Of a stretch of 58,471 nucleotides of DNA, positions 24,709 to 36,254 are shown piece after piece (positions within the stretch are counted from its first letter, which is position 1; every line of letters begins with the position of its first letter). The notes under the pieces were generated by a model that did no database searches, was not told the origin of the DNA, and saw only the letters and a list, made by a program, of their open reading frames with translations. The position numbers and the translations under genes were made by a program. Origin of the DNA: Phoronis australis (Eukaryota > Animalia > Phoronida); NCBI GenBank assembly GCA_002633005.1, contig NMRA01000055.1:1102362-1160832 (forward strand), in the 5' to 3' direction.

Positions 24709-27700
24709 GGAAAGTCCCTTTTCCAACCAACCAAAGACACCACAGCTATTACTCCAATCCATAATCCACCTTTCGTCCGACAGTATAAAATAAAAAGTTT
24801 GAAACAAAAGATGGGACTCCTGGATATAGACCGTGACCTAAGAGTCAGCATTTTGTCAGGAATGGTCCAAGTGAAAAAATCTGGACATTTCCTGAAATTC
24901 TTTGAAAAATCGTTCGACAAAAGCTTAATCTATAAAGTAGTGAGAGAAAAACACCACTCCGACGTGAAAAAGAATAAACATCTGATTGATTGCAACGTTT
25001 TGAAAGAGCCCGGCGTAGTTGGTGCTACTCATGTTGTCGTGGGAATGGATTGGGGTGTCACGTTTTGTATTGCAAGCAAAGGAGGTACAGAGCGTGACAT
25101 TTCTCTTGGATTCGACAGGATAGAGGAGGCACTCAAAAGAGAGTCAGTAAGCTGCACCAATGAACCAAAGTCACAGCAAAAGGGCGTAGCGTCATTTAGC
25201 ATTTTTTCAGATGTCCATTTACAAGATAGTGACAGACCTGTTGATGCCACAAAAGCCGTCGAACTCGCAAATTTTGTCCAAGAAGGAGATTCTGTACCAG
25301 TTATGTTTCACCTTTTGCCCCTCGAAGACGTTATAAGAAGATGTGAACTTCCAGTTTCCATACATTCAACCTTTAACGAATTTGACGATGAAGACTTTGT
25401 TGATGACCTCACAAAACATTTGGAAAAAGTTGAAACGACGTTGTTCGAATTGAAGGCTAATAGAGACAAACTCCACAACTTTAAGAGCTTCGTCAAAAAC
25501 GAAAGTCTAAAAAAAGCGGATGGAAAGGTGACTCAAATGCTTGAATACAAAGCGAAATGCATTGCTGAATTGAAACAAGTTGCGACAAAAAAGCGAACAT
25601 CTAAAGATACTACAGACACGGAAGATTTGGACAAATTGCTGGAAAGGATAAAAAGAATGAACGTAGATAACAAAGAATATTGCTACAACGAGGAGTTTCG
25701 TCGCGACTTTGAAATGATAGAATATGTTCTTATGTGTAAAGAAAAAGGAATAATGTGTTTAGGCAAAGGTGAACCAGTGCCAGTGCACCCTTTTGTTTAT
25801 GTGTTGTACAAGTCAGAATCGCACAAAAACACAAAAAGAGAAAAATTCTTCTTCCGTTATCGCCAAGCCAATCTTGCGGTTAGGAAGAAGTATTTTGTGG
25901 TTGTCCATGCATATGTCAGGCATCATGGCAAAGAAGAAGCAATCGAGGTATACAATGCAGGAGAAAAGACGTTTAAAGACTTCTATGAGGCCGAAGGTAC
26001 TGAGTCAGAATTATGTCTCGTGAAGTGCACAGATTACTCTCGCCAGAACCTAAATTTGGAACAATCAAGAGCGCTCATGTTCGTGAGGTGTCCTAATGAA
26101 AAGTGTCAGGGCGAAGCTCTGCTATGGAGGTGCTACAAATGCAAGAAAGTGGTTGAATATGGTCTGGGCGACAAGATGCTGTACTGTGAATGTGGAAAAG
26201 CAGACCCATCGAGATCTGAATTTAGATGTAACAGTATGGAACATGGTTTCTCCTACGTACAACACTCCCGGAAAATGGTAGCAGCTGAGTTGTCAGCTCT
26301 GAAACCTGTTTCTGAAATGAATATTCTTCTCCTGAGTGAAACTGGAGTTGGCAAATCTACGTTGATAAATTCCTTTTACAATTACTGGACTTTTGACTGC
26401 TTACATGAAGCCATGGAATCGGAGGAATTAAAGTTTCTTGTTCCTACGCGCTTCCCCCATTCTGAATCAGTCATGATTAAAGTTGGTGAACACTCCGCCC
26501 ACGAGAACGTGAAAACGGGCGCCTCCCAAACGCAGATCCCGAAAACGTATACGTTCTATGATGCTACACGAAAAATTCGATTAATTGATACACCTGGAAT
26601 ACAGGACACTGAAGGTGAAGAAAAAGATGAGGAAAATGTTCAAAAAATCCTTTGCCATGTGAATAATTTTTCCACGCTCCATTGCATCGGTATTTTGTTT
26701 AAAGCTGGACTGTCCAGGATGACGAAAAGTTTCAAGACATGTCTAAAAGAACTTCTCTCAAAACTGCACAAAGATGCACAGGCGAATGTAATATTCCTTG
26801 TCACACACGCGAATTATGGAGACACGTCTGCGAACAGTTCGAATGCAGCTGCGACACGCGAATTACTGAGGGAGTATTTGGCTGATTTTGGTAAAGGCTT
26901 GATTGCAACAGGACAGAATCGTACCTTTTACTTTGACAACGAGCCGTTTAGGTTTCTGGCCAGTATTCGCAATCCTGCGGTGCAGAGGGACTCCTTTATG
27001 ATTGAAAAAATCGACCATTCCTGGAAAATGGGATGGAAGCAATGTAAAGATATGATGGATTGCGTCGATGCACTGTCACCACATAAAGTAGAAGACACTG
27101 TCAAGTTGAATCAGGTACGTTCTGTGGCAAGTGAAATGTGTTCAACCTTGGTACAAATTTTTCGAAAATTGCAGCAGAGCATCGCCTTGGGAAAGAAAAG
27201 GGAGGCTGAGGTAAAAGCAGGAGAAGTAAAATCTATTGATGATCTGCGAAGAAAACTGAACTACTGTGGCACAGATGTCCGTAGAGAGTATCTGGGGCAC
27301 AGAATAGTGGTGTGTACGCATGGAAGCTGCATTACGAGAACACACCGCGGACCAGGACGGGCAAATGAGGACTGTTATACGCAGGTATGTCATGATCCTT
27401 GTGAATGCTGGATATCGGATTCGATGAGTGGACATACTTTCGGGTTCTGGAACAGAGTGTGTCGAGAAGTACGTAGAGTTTTAATTTTAGGCAAAGACTG
27501 TCACTGCGGTCACACTTATGATAAGCACATGCCACTTCACTATAAGCATAAGATTATAGAAAAATTTTTCATCAATGAGGATGTGAAGAATAAAATTGTT
27601 ACCAAAGAGGCTTCATTAGAAGAAAAGGTCAAAGAAGCTATTTGTGAGTTTCAGGAAATAGTGGAAGAATTGAAATTTGAGGAAAAAGAATTTCTGAAAG

Positions 27701-28098
27701 CTTTGGCAGTGGCAAGCCTGTTCGTAAGCGATAGCACAATTGTCCAAGGAAGCGACCCAGTGAAAAGCCTATTGGACAGGTTAACACGTGAACAATCCGT
27801 GCAAGAGGGTGCGGAGAAAGAATTACCAATACTGATTGGTCTTCGTGAAAGGTATGACGAAGTGAGAGTAGAGGAACAGCAACGGAGAGAGCGCATCTCA
27901 ATATCAATGGATGAGACAATGAAGACAATGAAAAGACTGTTTGACCTGAAACACTACGGAGATAGTGTGAAGGACACATACGACACCCTATGCTCAAATT
28001 ACAGCGTATATGAGCCTTACGAGATCCACGTTTACAAACAAAAATCATTCGAAAACGTCAAATACATATGTCAAGTTTGTGCCACCAAGAAAAATTGA
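24709..28098 (+). CDS. Coding exon 2 of a ~1156-aa stonustoxin/verrucotoxin-like MACPF/CDC-domain protein fused to an AIG1/septin-like P-loop GTPase
   Basis: The acceptor tcttttag|GGA at 24708/24709 is in frame with ORF 24799-28098. SNTX-like motifs: LLDIDRDLRVSILSGMVQV, ATHVVVGMDWG, FSIFSDV, VPVMFHLLPL. Cys-rich segment CP..C..WRCYKC..CEC..C...H. GTPase motifs ILLLSETGVGKSTLIN (G1), SQTQ (G2), LIDTPG (G3), FLVTH (G4-like). A second Cys/His-rich block and C-terminal coiled coils follow. Confidence 0.9.
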   Translation, partial: GKSLFQPTKDTTAITPIHNPPFVRQYKIKSLKQKMGLLDIDRDLRVSILSGMVQVKKSGHFLKFFEKSFDKSLIYKVVREKHHSDVKKNKHLIDCNVLKEPGVVGATHVVVGMDWGVTFCIASKGGTERDISLGFDRIEEALKRESVSCTNEPKSQQKGVASFSIFSDVHLQDSDRPVDATKAVELANFVQEGDSVPVMFHLLPLEDVIRRCELPVSIHSTFNEFDDEDFVDDLTKHLEKVETTLFELKANRDKLHNFKSFVKNESLKKADGKVTQMLEYKAKCIAELKQVATKKRTSKDTTDTEDLDKLLERIKRMNVDNKEYCYNEEFRRDFEMIEYVLMCKEKGIMCLGKGEPVPVHPFVYVLYKSESHKNTKREKFFFRYRQANLAVRKKYFVVVHAYVRHHGKEEAIEVYNAGEKTFKDFYEAEGTESELCLVKCTDYSRQNLNLEQSRALMFVRCPNEKCQGEALLWRCYKCKKVVEYGLGDKMLYCECGKADPSRSEFRCNSMEHGFSYVQHSRKMVAAELSALKPVSEMNILLLSETGVGKSTLINSFYNYWTFDCLHEAMESEELKFLVPTRFPHSESVMIKVGEHSAHENVKTGASQTQIPKTYTFYDATRKIRLIDTPGIQDTEGEEKDEENVQKILCHVNNFSTLHCIGILFKAGLSRMTKSFKTCLKELLSKLHKDAQANVIFLVTHANYGDTSANSSNAAATRELLREYLADFGKGLIATGQNRTFYFDNEPFRFLASIRNPAVQRDSFMIEKIDHSWKMGWKQCKDMMDCVDALSPHKVEDTVKLNQVRSVASEMCSTLVQIFRKLQQSIALGKKREAEVKAGEVKSIDDLRRKLNYCGTDVRREYLGHRIVVCTHGSCITRTHRGPGRANEDCYTQVCHDPCECWISDSMSGHTFGFWNRVCREVRRVLILGKDCHCGHTYDKHMPLHYKHKIIEKFFINEDVKNKIVTKEASLEEKVKEAICEFQEIVEELKFEEKEFLKALAVASLFVSDSTIVQGSDPVKSLLDRLTREQSVQEGAEKELPILIGLRERYDEVRVEEQQRRERISISMDETMKTMKRLFDLKHYGDSVKDTYDTLCSNYSVYEPYEIHVYKQKSFENVKYICQVCATKKN

Positions 28099-28174
28099 CA
28101 TGCTTCATGCTGTACGCCATTGCAGCTTAACGTTTTCCTTTTTTGATGATTCATATTCGATAAGAGCTTAACAA

Positions 28175-31100
28175 ATGTAGCGTCTGCAATGTATACTATA
28201 GAAGCATTGCGATGATGCTTTGAAACAATGTTTTGTTGAAATCAAGAAAAGATGTGTCAAACGCAAAATTGGATTACGTGCATGTATCACCTGTTGTACC
28301 TTTCTGGCACACGTATTAATAGAGAGGTTTGGCTCATTGTATGTAGGCTGCTATATTTACAAATGTAGTGTTTCTTGGATTATGCTAATTTGTCATAAAT
28401 GACCTATAATGTATTGCTTTACAACGCTCTCTTTTAAGCAAATATTACTATCAATTTGCTATAAATTAGCAATACATTATCTGCCTGTTGTAAAATCGCA
28501 CGTTGTACATAATGCACCGTATTTTCCCCGAGAATATGTTCTGTAACCATGTATTCACATAAGCTGCACTTGATTGACTTCGCTGGCTTCACCATGTTGA
28601 TAGCCTAAAGCATGTGATTGCTCTGTAAGGTGGAAGTCGTCATCGAGAACCAATCAGCTGTCTTAACTGGTTTACTCTGCGGTAGTGATGAAGTTAATCA
28701 AATGCAGCCATATTATATTTGAAGTTTGTTATGCTTCACTTGTCTGCTGTGGTACAAAGAAGTTACTGTGTTTTTGTGTGCTCAGCTGTACATTTATAGT
28801 TCATTTATATAACGTTGTTTCTACCAGTAGTGATTTGTTCTGCACCGTAATACAAATTTGAGCCTATAGCGAGGGTGACATAGAAATACCGACCAATCCC
28901 CAGGACTTGGGTAATGTCACGTACTATGGAAATTTGTTGAGAGCAACATTGCTCTTCCGAGGTCAGAAAAAAGGGAAAGCGACAAAAAGGACTCCACTCA
29001 ACATTTTTGGGTGAGCTAAAGTACACAATGGAAGGTCTCGTTGAACTGAAACAATACGAGAATTGTGTGAAGAAGTCATACTTAACATATATGTACTGTA
29101 GTTACAACTTAATAAGAAATAAATCTCGAAATCCCTGTTAACATACAAAAGTGATTAGACAAAGTCCAATTCATAAGTCAAGTTTGTGCCATTAAAAATT
29201 GACACTTTCATTCTAGTACTACTGCTATTGCAGCTCGACGTTCTGCATTTTTGAGGATTAATATAAAAGCTTATTAGAAAGTGTGGCGTCTGTGAATTAC
29301 GTCTATACATGTATGTATAGTGTTGAGGCATTTTGTGGATATACTTTGAGGCATTCTTTGGTATCCATTCTTCGAAGTCGGTATGGCTGAAATCAACGGG
29401 AGATATGTCAAAAGCAAAATTGCTGTAAGTATCACTTGTTGGACCTTTCTGGAATTAACACAGAGCATGCCCTCATTGTACATAGACTATAAAATTTACA
29501 CTGAATGAAATGTGTCATTGACTACTTTAATTTGTTGTCAAAAGGCTAATGAATAATGATTGATACCACCCGTTTGTTAATTGAAGAATATTATTAAGTA
29601 CCTCACCTACATGTACCTGTTGTAAAATCTTACGTTGTACAATGCAACGTATTTATTTCTGTAACCATGTGTTCACATAAGCTGCACTTCATCGAGTTCG
29701 CTGGTTACTGCCTCATTTTGTCAAACGTGTAAGACATCTGGGTAAATTTCAGTAGCTGTCTTGGGTCTAGAAAACATACCCCAAATCTTATGTTCTCTTT
29801 TAAAATACACGACATCTCCTGTAATCTTGCAAAGTCTTGCTGATTAGCGACGACCTAGCGCAGGTTATAGCTTTACTGAACTCTACCCTGATTTGTCATC
29901 GAGAACAAATAAACTGTCTTAGCTGGTTGACTCTGTCGTACGGATGAAGTCAGCCAGTTGCAGCCATATTATAACTTGTTATGCTTGATGTGTCTGCTGT
30001 GGTAGAAATATTTTATTTTGGTTTAGTGTGTTTACTTGTACATTTATAGTTCATTTGCATAACGCTGTTTCTACCAGTAGTTATTTGCTGTGCACCATTT
30101 ACAAATATATGGCCAGAGTGATATTATACGAATATGGACCATTACCGAGGCCAGAGCGATAACACGTACATGTAATGTTTAAATGGGCCGAGAGCAACGT
30201 TGCTCTCTGTCCAATTCCATAATCCCAGGTCAGAGAAAAAAAATCAACAGAAACAGGACTCCACCCAACAACCATGGATGAGCTACAGCACACAATGGAA
30301 GCTGGACTTTTTGAACAGATATATTTACGAGAATTACCGTGTGTGAAGAAGTCATGCATACTTGATTACATATCGTAGTTACAGCTTCATAGAGAATTGC
30401 AGAATCTCCGTTTACTTAACGAAAGTGATTCCGCAACGTCAAATGCGGATGTTAAGTTTGTGCAATTACAAAAACTTGGCACGCTTCATTCTGTTATTCC
30501 GCCATTGGAGCTTGACGATCTCCATTTTTGCGGATTAATTTTCGTTAAAAGCTTAAAAGATACCAAACCAGGTTTTAACTGGCTGATTGGGACATACTAA
30601 AACGCCGACCTTTCCATCCTCTGAAACAAAATAATGCTCTGTAATCGGCTTCTACAACTCTTAAACCTTGAATGAACCTATAAATACTCATTTCAAAAGC
30701 TTTTAAAACGGTCAAGTGTGACTTAGGCTATTAGCGAATTACGCAAATGTTGGGAAAAGATCACCCACCAATGAAAGTCCATAATGTCCAACCTGTGGGT
30801 AGGGAGTACGACTTTATAGTTGATTCCTGCTTTTAGTTTGGAAGATTGACGCCGATGACGCATTAGCAGGGGACTGAACGAGGATTGGTTGAAATCATCA
30901 AAACTTGGTTTAGTATTGTTCTAAGCAAATGTGGCGTCTGTGAATTATACTGTGGAGCAATTGCGACGATGCTTTGAGATGTTGTCTTGTATTCCTTTTT
31001 CTAAGTTCGGCCTAGTTGAAGTCAACATGAGATTTTTCAAACGCAAAAGTGTAAATTGTCTGGTGTAAAATAACACGCAGTGAATTGCAACGTATTTTCT

Positions 31101-31570
31101 TGTGCTAGGAATTCATTTCTGTAAAGGTAGCCATGTATTCACATACATGTAAGCTGCACTTGATTGAGTTCCCCTGTTGCGCCTTGTTAATAGTCGAAGA
31201 CATCTGATTGGTCTGTAATTCGGAAGTCGTCGTCGAGAACCAATAAACTGTCGTAGCCGGTTAACCCTGCGGTACTGGTGAAGTCAGCCAAGTGCAGCCA
31301 TTTTACACTAGAAGTTTGTTATGCTTTATTTTTTTGCTGTGCTACAAAAGGTGATTTTGGTTTAGAATAATTACCAGTACGTTTGTGTTCACGACTTTTG
31401 CTTTTATAACGGTATAGTTCTAATAGGGATTTGGTGTGCGCCATTATACAAATTTGTGTTTATGACGATGGTGACATCATACAAATATGGACCAATCCCG
31501 GCCGCGAGGTTGAGAGTAATGTCATGTAGTACAGAAGTGAACGGAGATCAACATTGCCGGCTCTTTTGAG
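28175..31570 (+). repeat. Three diverged tandem copies of a ~1.1-1.6-kb non-coding unit downstream of the GTPase gene
   Basis: Copies start ~28175, ~29281 and ~30929 (tgt.gcgtctg). Shared blocks: ccatgt.ttcacata..agctgcactt (28547, 29665, 31131), gtc.tcgagaac.aat (28639, 29895, 31229) and tgcagccat (28702, 29959, 31293). Confidence 0.85.
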
Positions 31571-32952
31571 GTGACCTCCCTGGTACGCATGGGATAATGG
31601 TTCATACTTGTTTTGATGACACTGATACTTTCTACCTGTGATTTTGGTTTTTTTATTAGAATTAGCTTTGTTTTATCTGTTTTCTCCCTCTCTCTTCGTG
31701 GTCAAGGTTTATGGTTTCTGCAGCGTCAAGGTTTATGGTTTGTGCAGCGTCGGTGAGATCGCTAATAGCGACAACTGACATCTCGCTGGTCCCCCATGTG
31801 CTTAGCCAGCACCTGCCTGCTATTGACCACCTAGCGGCACGCAGGGAGCCAGCGAGCGGCATGAATGAAAAGTGACATTCTGTAACCAGATTGTTCAATA
31901 TTGCGTTATAACAAAACTTTGCGTAATGTTTTTTAGCGGACAGAAATATCAGTGACCGTGTAAAGAATGCGTATTGCTGAATCTTTACATTATGTTTGAT
32001 GACACTGCTGTAGTTTTGGGAACTTTAATTCATTGTGAAGTGCAGGAACATTGTCTTGTGTTTGCTGACATTACGTCACTGTAACTTGGCATTTGATCAC
32101 GAAGATAAATTTATTGCGTTTATGTAGTGTGTTGTGTTTCTTTATCATTCATTGACTCATTATAAAGCTTAATTAATTTGAATCCACATTTTACATCCAG
32201 AAGTATTCAACCTTGAGGGAGGGTTTTGAATTAGTGGCAATATGGCTTACAACGACGGGGGGAGGACACTTTGAAATTTGACCTAGAGGATTTTCCTTTT
32301 GCACTGAAAAGGGAGGTCATGGCCCTGTTGCCTCTACCCCGTAGTGGGTGGGACGCATGTTTACAAGAAAAGAAAAAAACGTCGTACAATGCATAAATAG
32401 CGTATCAATAAGCTAACCAGTTCAATGGATTGAAGTAAATAAGATTTTTGTGTTCAAGAGTCCTTTTTTAATCTTTCCTAAAATGTATGCACACGGTGCA
32501 CGTGCGGGAAAAGTTGACTTCCATCCTTTAATTTTGCACCATTTTGGTAACACACATGCGCAGACAGTATGTAAGTATTATTCCACCGACAACCGATTTA
32601 ATTAGATTTGCTACCTTCTTAATCGGTCCCTATTTACATCACCTCGTATACAGTCGATCTCACCACGCCGAAAGGTGTCGCATTGACTTGTAAGGTGAAA
32701 ATGCGAGCCCCCAGCCTTCAATATAGGGGGGAGGTCGAATTCCTGACGTTGTGGACCTTTTGGTAACAAAAAACGGGCTGTCTAAAAAAAACGGGGGCAC
32801 CATTGTGAATTGTGCGTTTGTGCTTGTTTAGTGGACTTTTGTCTCATTTTATCGAACTTTTTGTTTCTCAGAAGCGGAACTTTTTGTCCACGTCGACAAA
32901 TGGAGGGGCTCATTCGAGCCCTCCCCTGGGTGCGTGCAGGGTGAATACACAA

Positions 32953-33848
32953 CGCAGCGACGTCAGTGGTTCTTCAGCTGAGTATGTGCTGCTATGGTGT
33001 AGTGTACCGTTCCCGCTTGTGCAAACCATGAAGCTGTGAGGAAAGCGGGCATATCGTTTTTCTCATTTCCTCGAGAACCCGAAATGGTTTCCTGCAGAAC
33101 AGAACGAAAAGTATGCTGTTAATACCAGGTATGAGGCCGTGAAATATCTCCGAATATCAAAGCCTGTCTCACTAGACACAATTTGTAATGGCTTAGGTTT
33201 ATTCGTCAGTGCAAAAAGCTTTGAGAGATCAACAACTAATAAATCACACTGCTTTACCGGCTTCAGTAAACTAATTGAACGCCATGCTAATTCAGTGTTT
33301 GTTGACAGAAAGCTGATGTGAAAATAAAATTCGATTTTATATGCTAAAGTCGGATGTTAGAGGAATCTTTATTTAGATTTATATACATCATTCAAATCAT
33401 TGTTATTGTACTCATTTTCCCTATATGGGTTTGTGGAAGGGGAAGTTGGGTTCGTTACCCCCTACATAGATTCGCACATTATTACTTTAGTTCACTAGTC
33501 CAGTCTTTTCGTGACTGGAAGTTCAGTGTACTTTCACAATAAACTTACCCGGCTGGTCTACATGTTTGTTCGTATGATGTCTCTGGTCCGTCAACAACGG
33601 GCCTGATCGGTTTCCGAGCGACTGTGTCATAACAAGCGTTTTGTGTTTAGAAGAGAAAAAATCCTCATGTCTTGAATTACAACACACAGTTATGCTCTCT
33701 TGTCAGTATTTCATGGAAGAAAAATTCTAATTCATCACCGAATAGACTACAAACTTCCCGCGACAGACCTAGATAAGTTGGCCTACTGAGCTTTGTAGGC
33801 TACAGTAGGTTTAAAATTTCTATAAATCCATAACAGCGAAATAAAACG
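32953..33848 (+). mobile_element. THAP-domain DNA transposon relic, copy 1
   Basis: ATG at 32994 reads MV*CTVPAC...RKAGISFFSFPREP. Aligns along its length to the revcomp of 34255-35450. Confidence 0.65.
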
Positions 33849-34254
33849 ACTCATTTGTTTAAAAAATCAATATTTGTTTAAATTTGTTTTGTATAAAATG
33901 ATAATTTAACTTCCACACGAAGCATGTCAAAAATCTTTTTGTCCTTGATTTAGTTCGACTTAGCAGTATTAAAGTTGAATGCCACCCAAAAAACAACCCA
34001 TTTTGTATCAATTTAGATCGAGTAGTACTACTCGATAACGGCACCTTCGGTTGCGTTACCTGACACCTGACGGCAGACAGAGGTGTTGATATTATCCAAT
34101 GACGTATTTGGTTTCACACGCAGTCTGTTCAGCAGTTCACAACACGGGTTACTAGTGTCAGGTTATCGCTTGAATTCATCGTTTAACACCAATAAATAAT
34201 CAAACTTCGATGTAAAACCCTTAAAAATACACCAAGTTCTTATAAAAACGTGTT

Positions 34255-35450
34255 GTTTTATTTCGCTGTTACGGATTCATTGGTATTTGGACACACCGTA
34301 GACTACAAAGCTCGGCACTGAGGCCAATTGAGTTACCAAGGTCCATAGTATAGGAGTTTGGGGACTGTTCGGAGATACATTCGAAGTAATCTTCCGTGAA
34401 ATACAGACAGGAGAACCTAGAACTGTGTTGTTTAGACATATATTTTTTTGAGTTCTAAACACACAAAACGCTTGTTATCCCGACCAGTGCGGCTCGGAAC
34501 CCGATCAGGCCCGTCGCGGCCGCCGGGACTGGGACGAACACAAACCAGCTTGAGTTGGAAACTAAACCTCCAGTCACGAAAAGACTATAATAGTGAGCCA
34601 AAGAAATAATGGGAATTAGCCACGAAACTGAAAATCTACTTACTTGTCGGGCGGAGGCCGCGAAGTCGGGTTCCCCTTCCACAGACCGTCAGGGCAAAGG
34701 TTGTACAGTAACAATTATTTGAATAATGTATTTGTATTCTGAATAAAGATTCCCCTAACATGAGACCATAGATGTAAAATCGAGTAATTGTTTCAAAACA
34801 GCTTTCTGTCAGCAAACATTGAATTAGCATGTGCCTCGGTGTTCGGTCAATTACCTTTATTGCTGGCACCATAAGCCGGTAACGCAGTGGTTCATTAATT
34901 ACTGGCTTCTCAACATTTGCACTCACGAATACTGCATAGGCATTACAAATTGTATCTGATGAGACAAACTGTTTCAGTTTTATGTAAGCATTGGTTAGGA
35001 TGAGACATAACGCAGAATAATAAAAGTCTACATGGCAACTCGCCCAGATCATCGGACGAAGACTTCACGGATTGGATCGTTAGGTTTCACAAGCTACCAA
35101 TTCGAACCGGAATACACTGATCAAGAAATTCTAGAGAGGCGCCGTGAACATGCACAGGGAACGGAACGTATAGATAGTTCTTTGGTAAGCCGGAATTCGT
35201 CGAGAGAAATCACTGTCGACGAAATGCCGGCCACAGACACGGAGATGTTTCACGGCCTCATACTTGCTACTAACAGCGTACCTTTCATTCTTCACTACCG
35301 CGAGCCACTTCCTAAGCTTTTCGAACTCTCGAAGAAGTCGAAAAAACGGTATACCAGCTTTCTTCGCAGTTTCATATTTCGGACAAGCGCGAACGATGCA
35401 CCGCGATATAGCGGCATTCACCCTGCAGACGAACCACTGACGTTGCTCTG
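34255..35450 (-). mobile_element. THAP-domain DNA transposon relic, copy 2 (inverted)
   Basis: ORF 35131-35454 contains a THAP C2CH signature CIVRAC...FF....KW......RVCGRHFVDSDF. No downstream transposase ORF. Confidence 0.7.
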
Positions 35451-36254
35451 TCATTTCTCACCTTCCTCACAGGTTAACGCGACACCTCTCGGCAAGGTGA
35501 GTACAACCGTATAAGAGGCGATGTGTATATAGACAGATTAAGACGGTAAAAAAGACTATTTAAATCGGGTGGCATTCTCCTTTAAATATAGAAATGTGTC
35601 GACATTTATCCGAATTATGCTTGCTTCAAACCCTTAATTGAATTTCTGTTTTTATGTTGTGTGGTAATGGTGAGGATTATGAAACACTTTTTATTAAACC
35701 ATTAGATTACTTAATTAAGTTTGTTGTGCGCGTTTTATGCAGTTTCAAAAATCAGTTGACATGTTCATTTACTTTAGTTGCCATGACAACCATTTTTGGA
35801 CTTTGAAAAATGTGCTACTGGTTTTATCTACTATTCACCAGTCTTATTTGCATTTAGTACTTGATTTTTGTAATTATCTTGCAATAGCTGTAAGCAGCTT
35901 TTGCTGGTAAAAAGACTATTGTCATGTTTGTGTACGGTACATCGGAAGTGCCTTGACAACCATTTCTGATCATTGAAATTGTCCTACTGGACATTATTGC
36001 TGTGCATTTGAAGGAAAGACTGCGCACTAAAGCGCACAGGCAGTTTAAAATCTTAAAGATTAAGTCGTTGATTAAATGTTGTATGCATAATTCCAAAATA
36101 CGTGGTTACCATGGTAATTTAAGTTTAAAATAGGTCCACTAAAATGCTTTAAGCGCTGATTATTCTCTAATTCTAACATGACTGCCATCAGTCTAAAATC
36201 AGTGATCAACGGTCAAATATCTGGTTCCTATAACAACTATGCCTAATTATGCTT

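Noticed and set aside
24799-28098. Bacterial origin or contamination for the 3.3-kb intronless ORF
   Set aside because: It has a spliceosomal intron and an upstream exon, and is embedded among animal TEs and genes.
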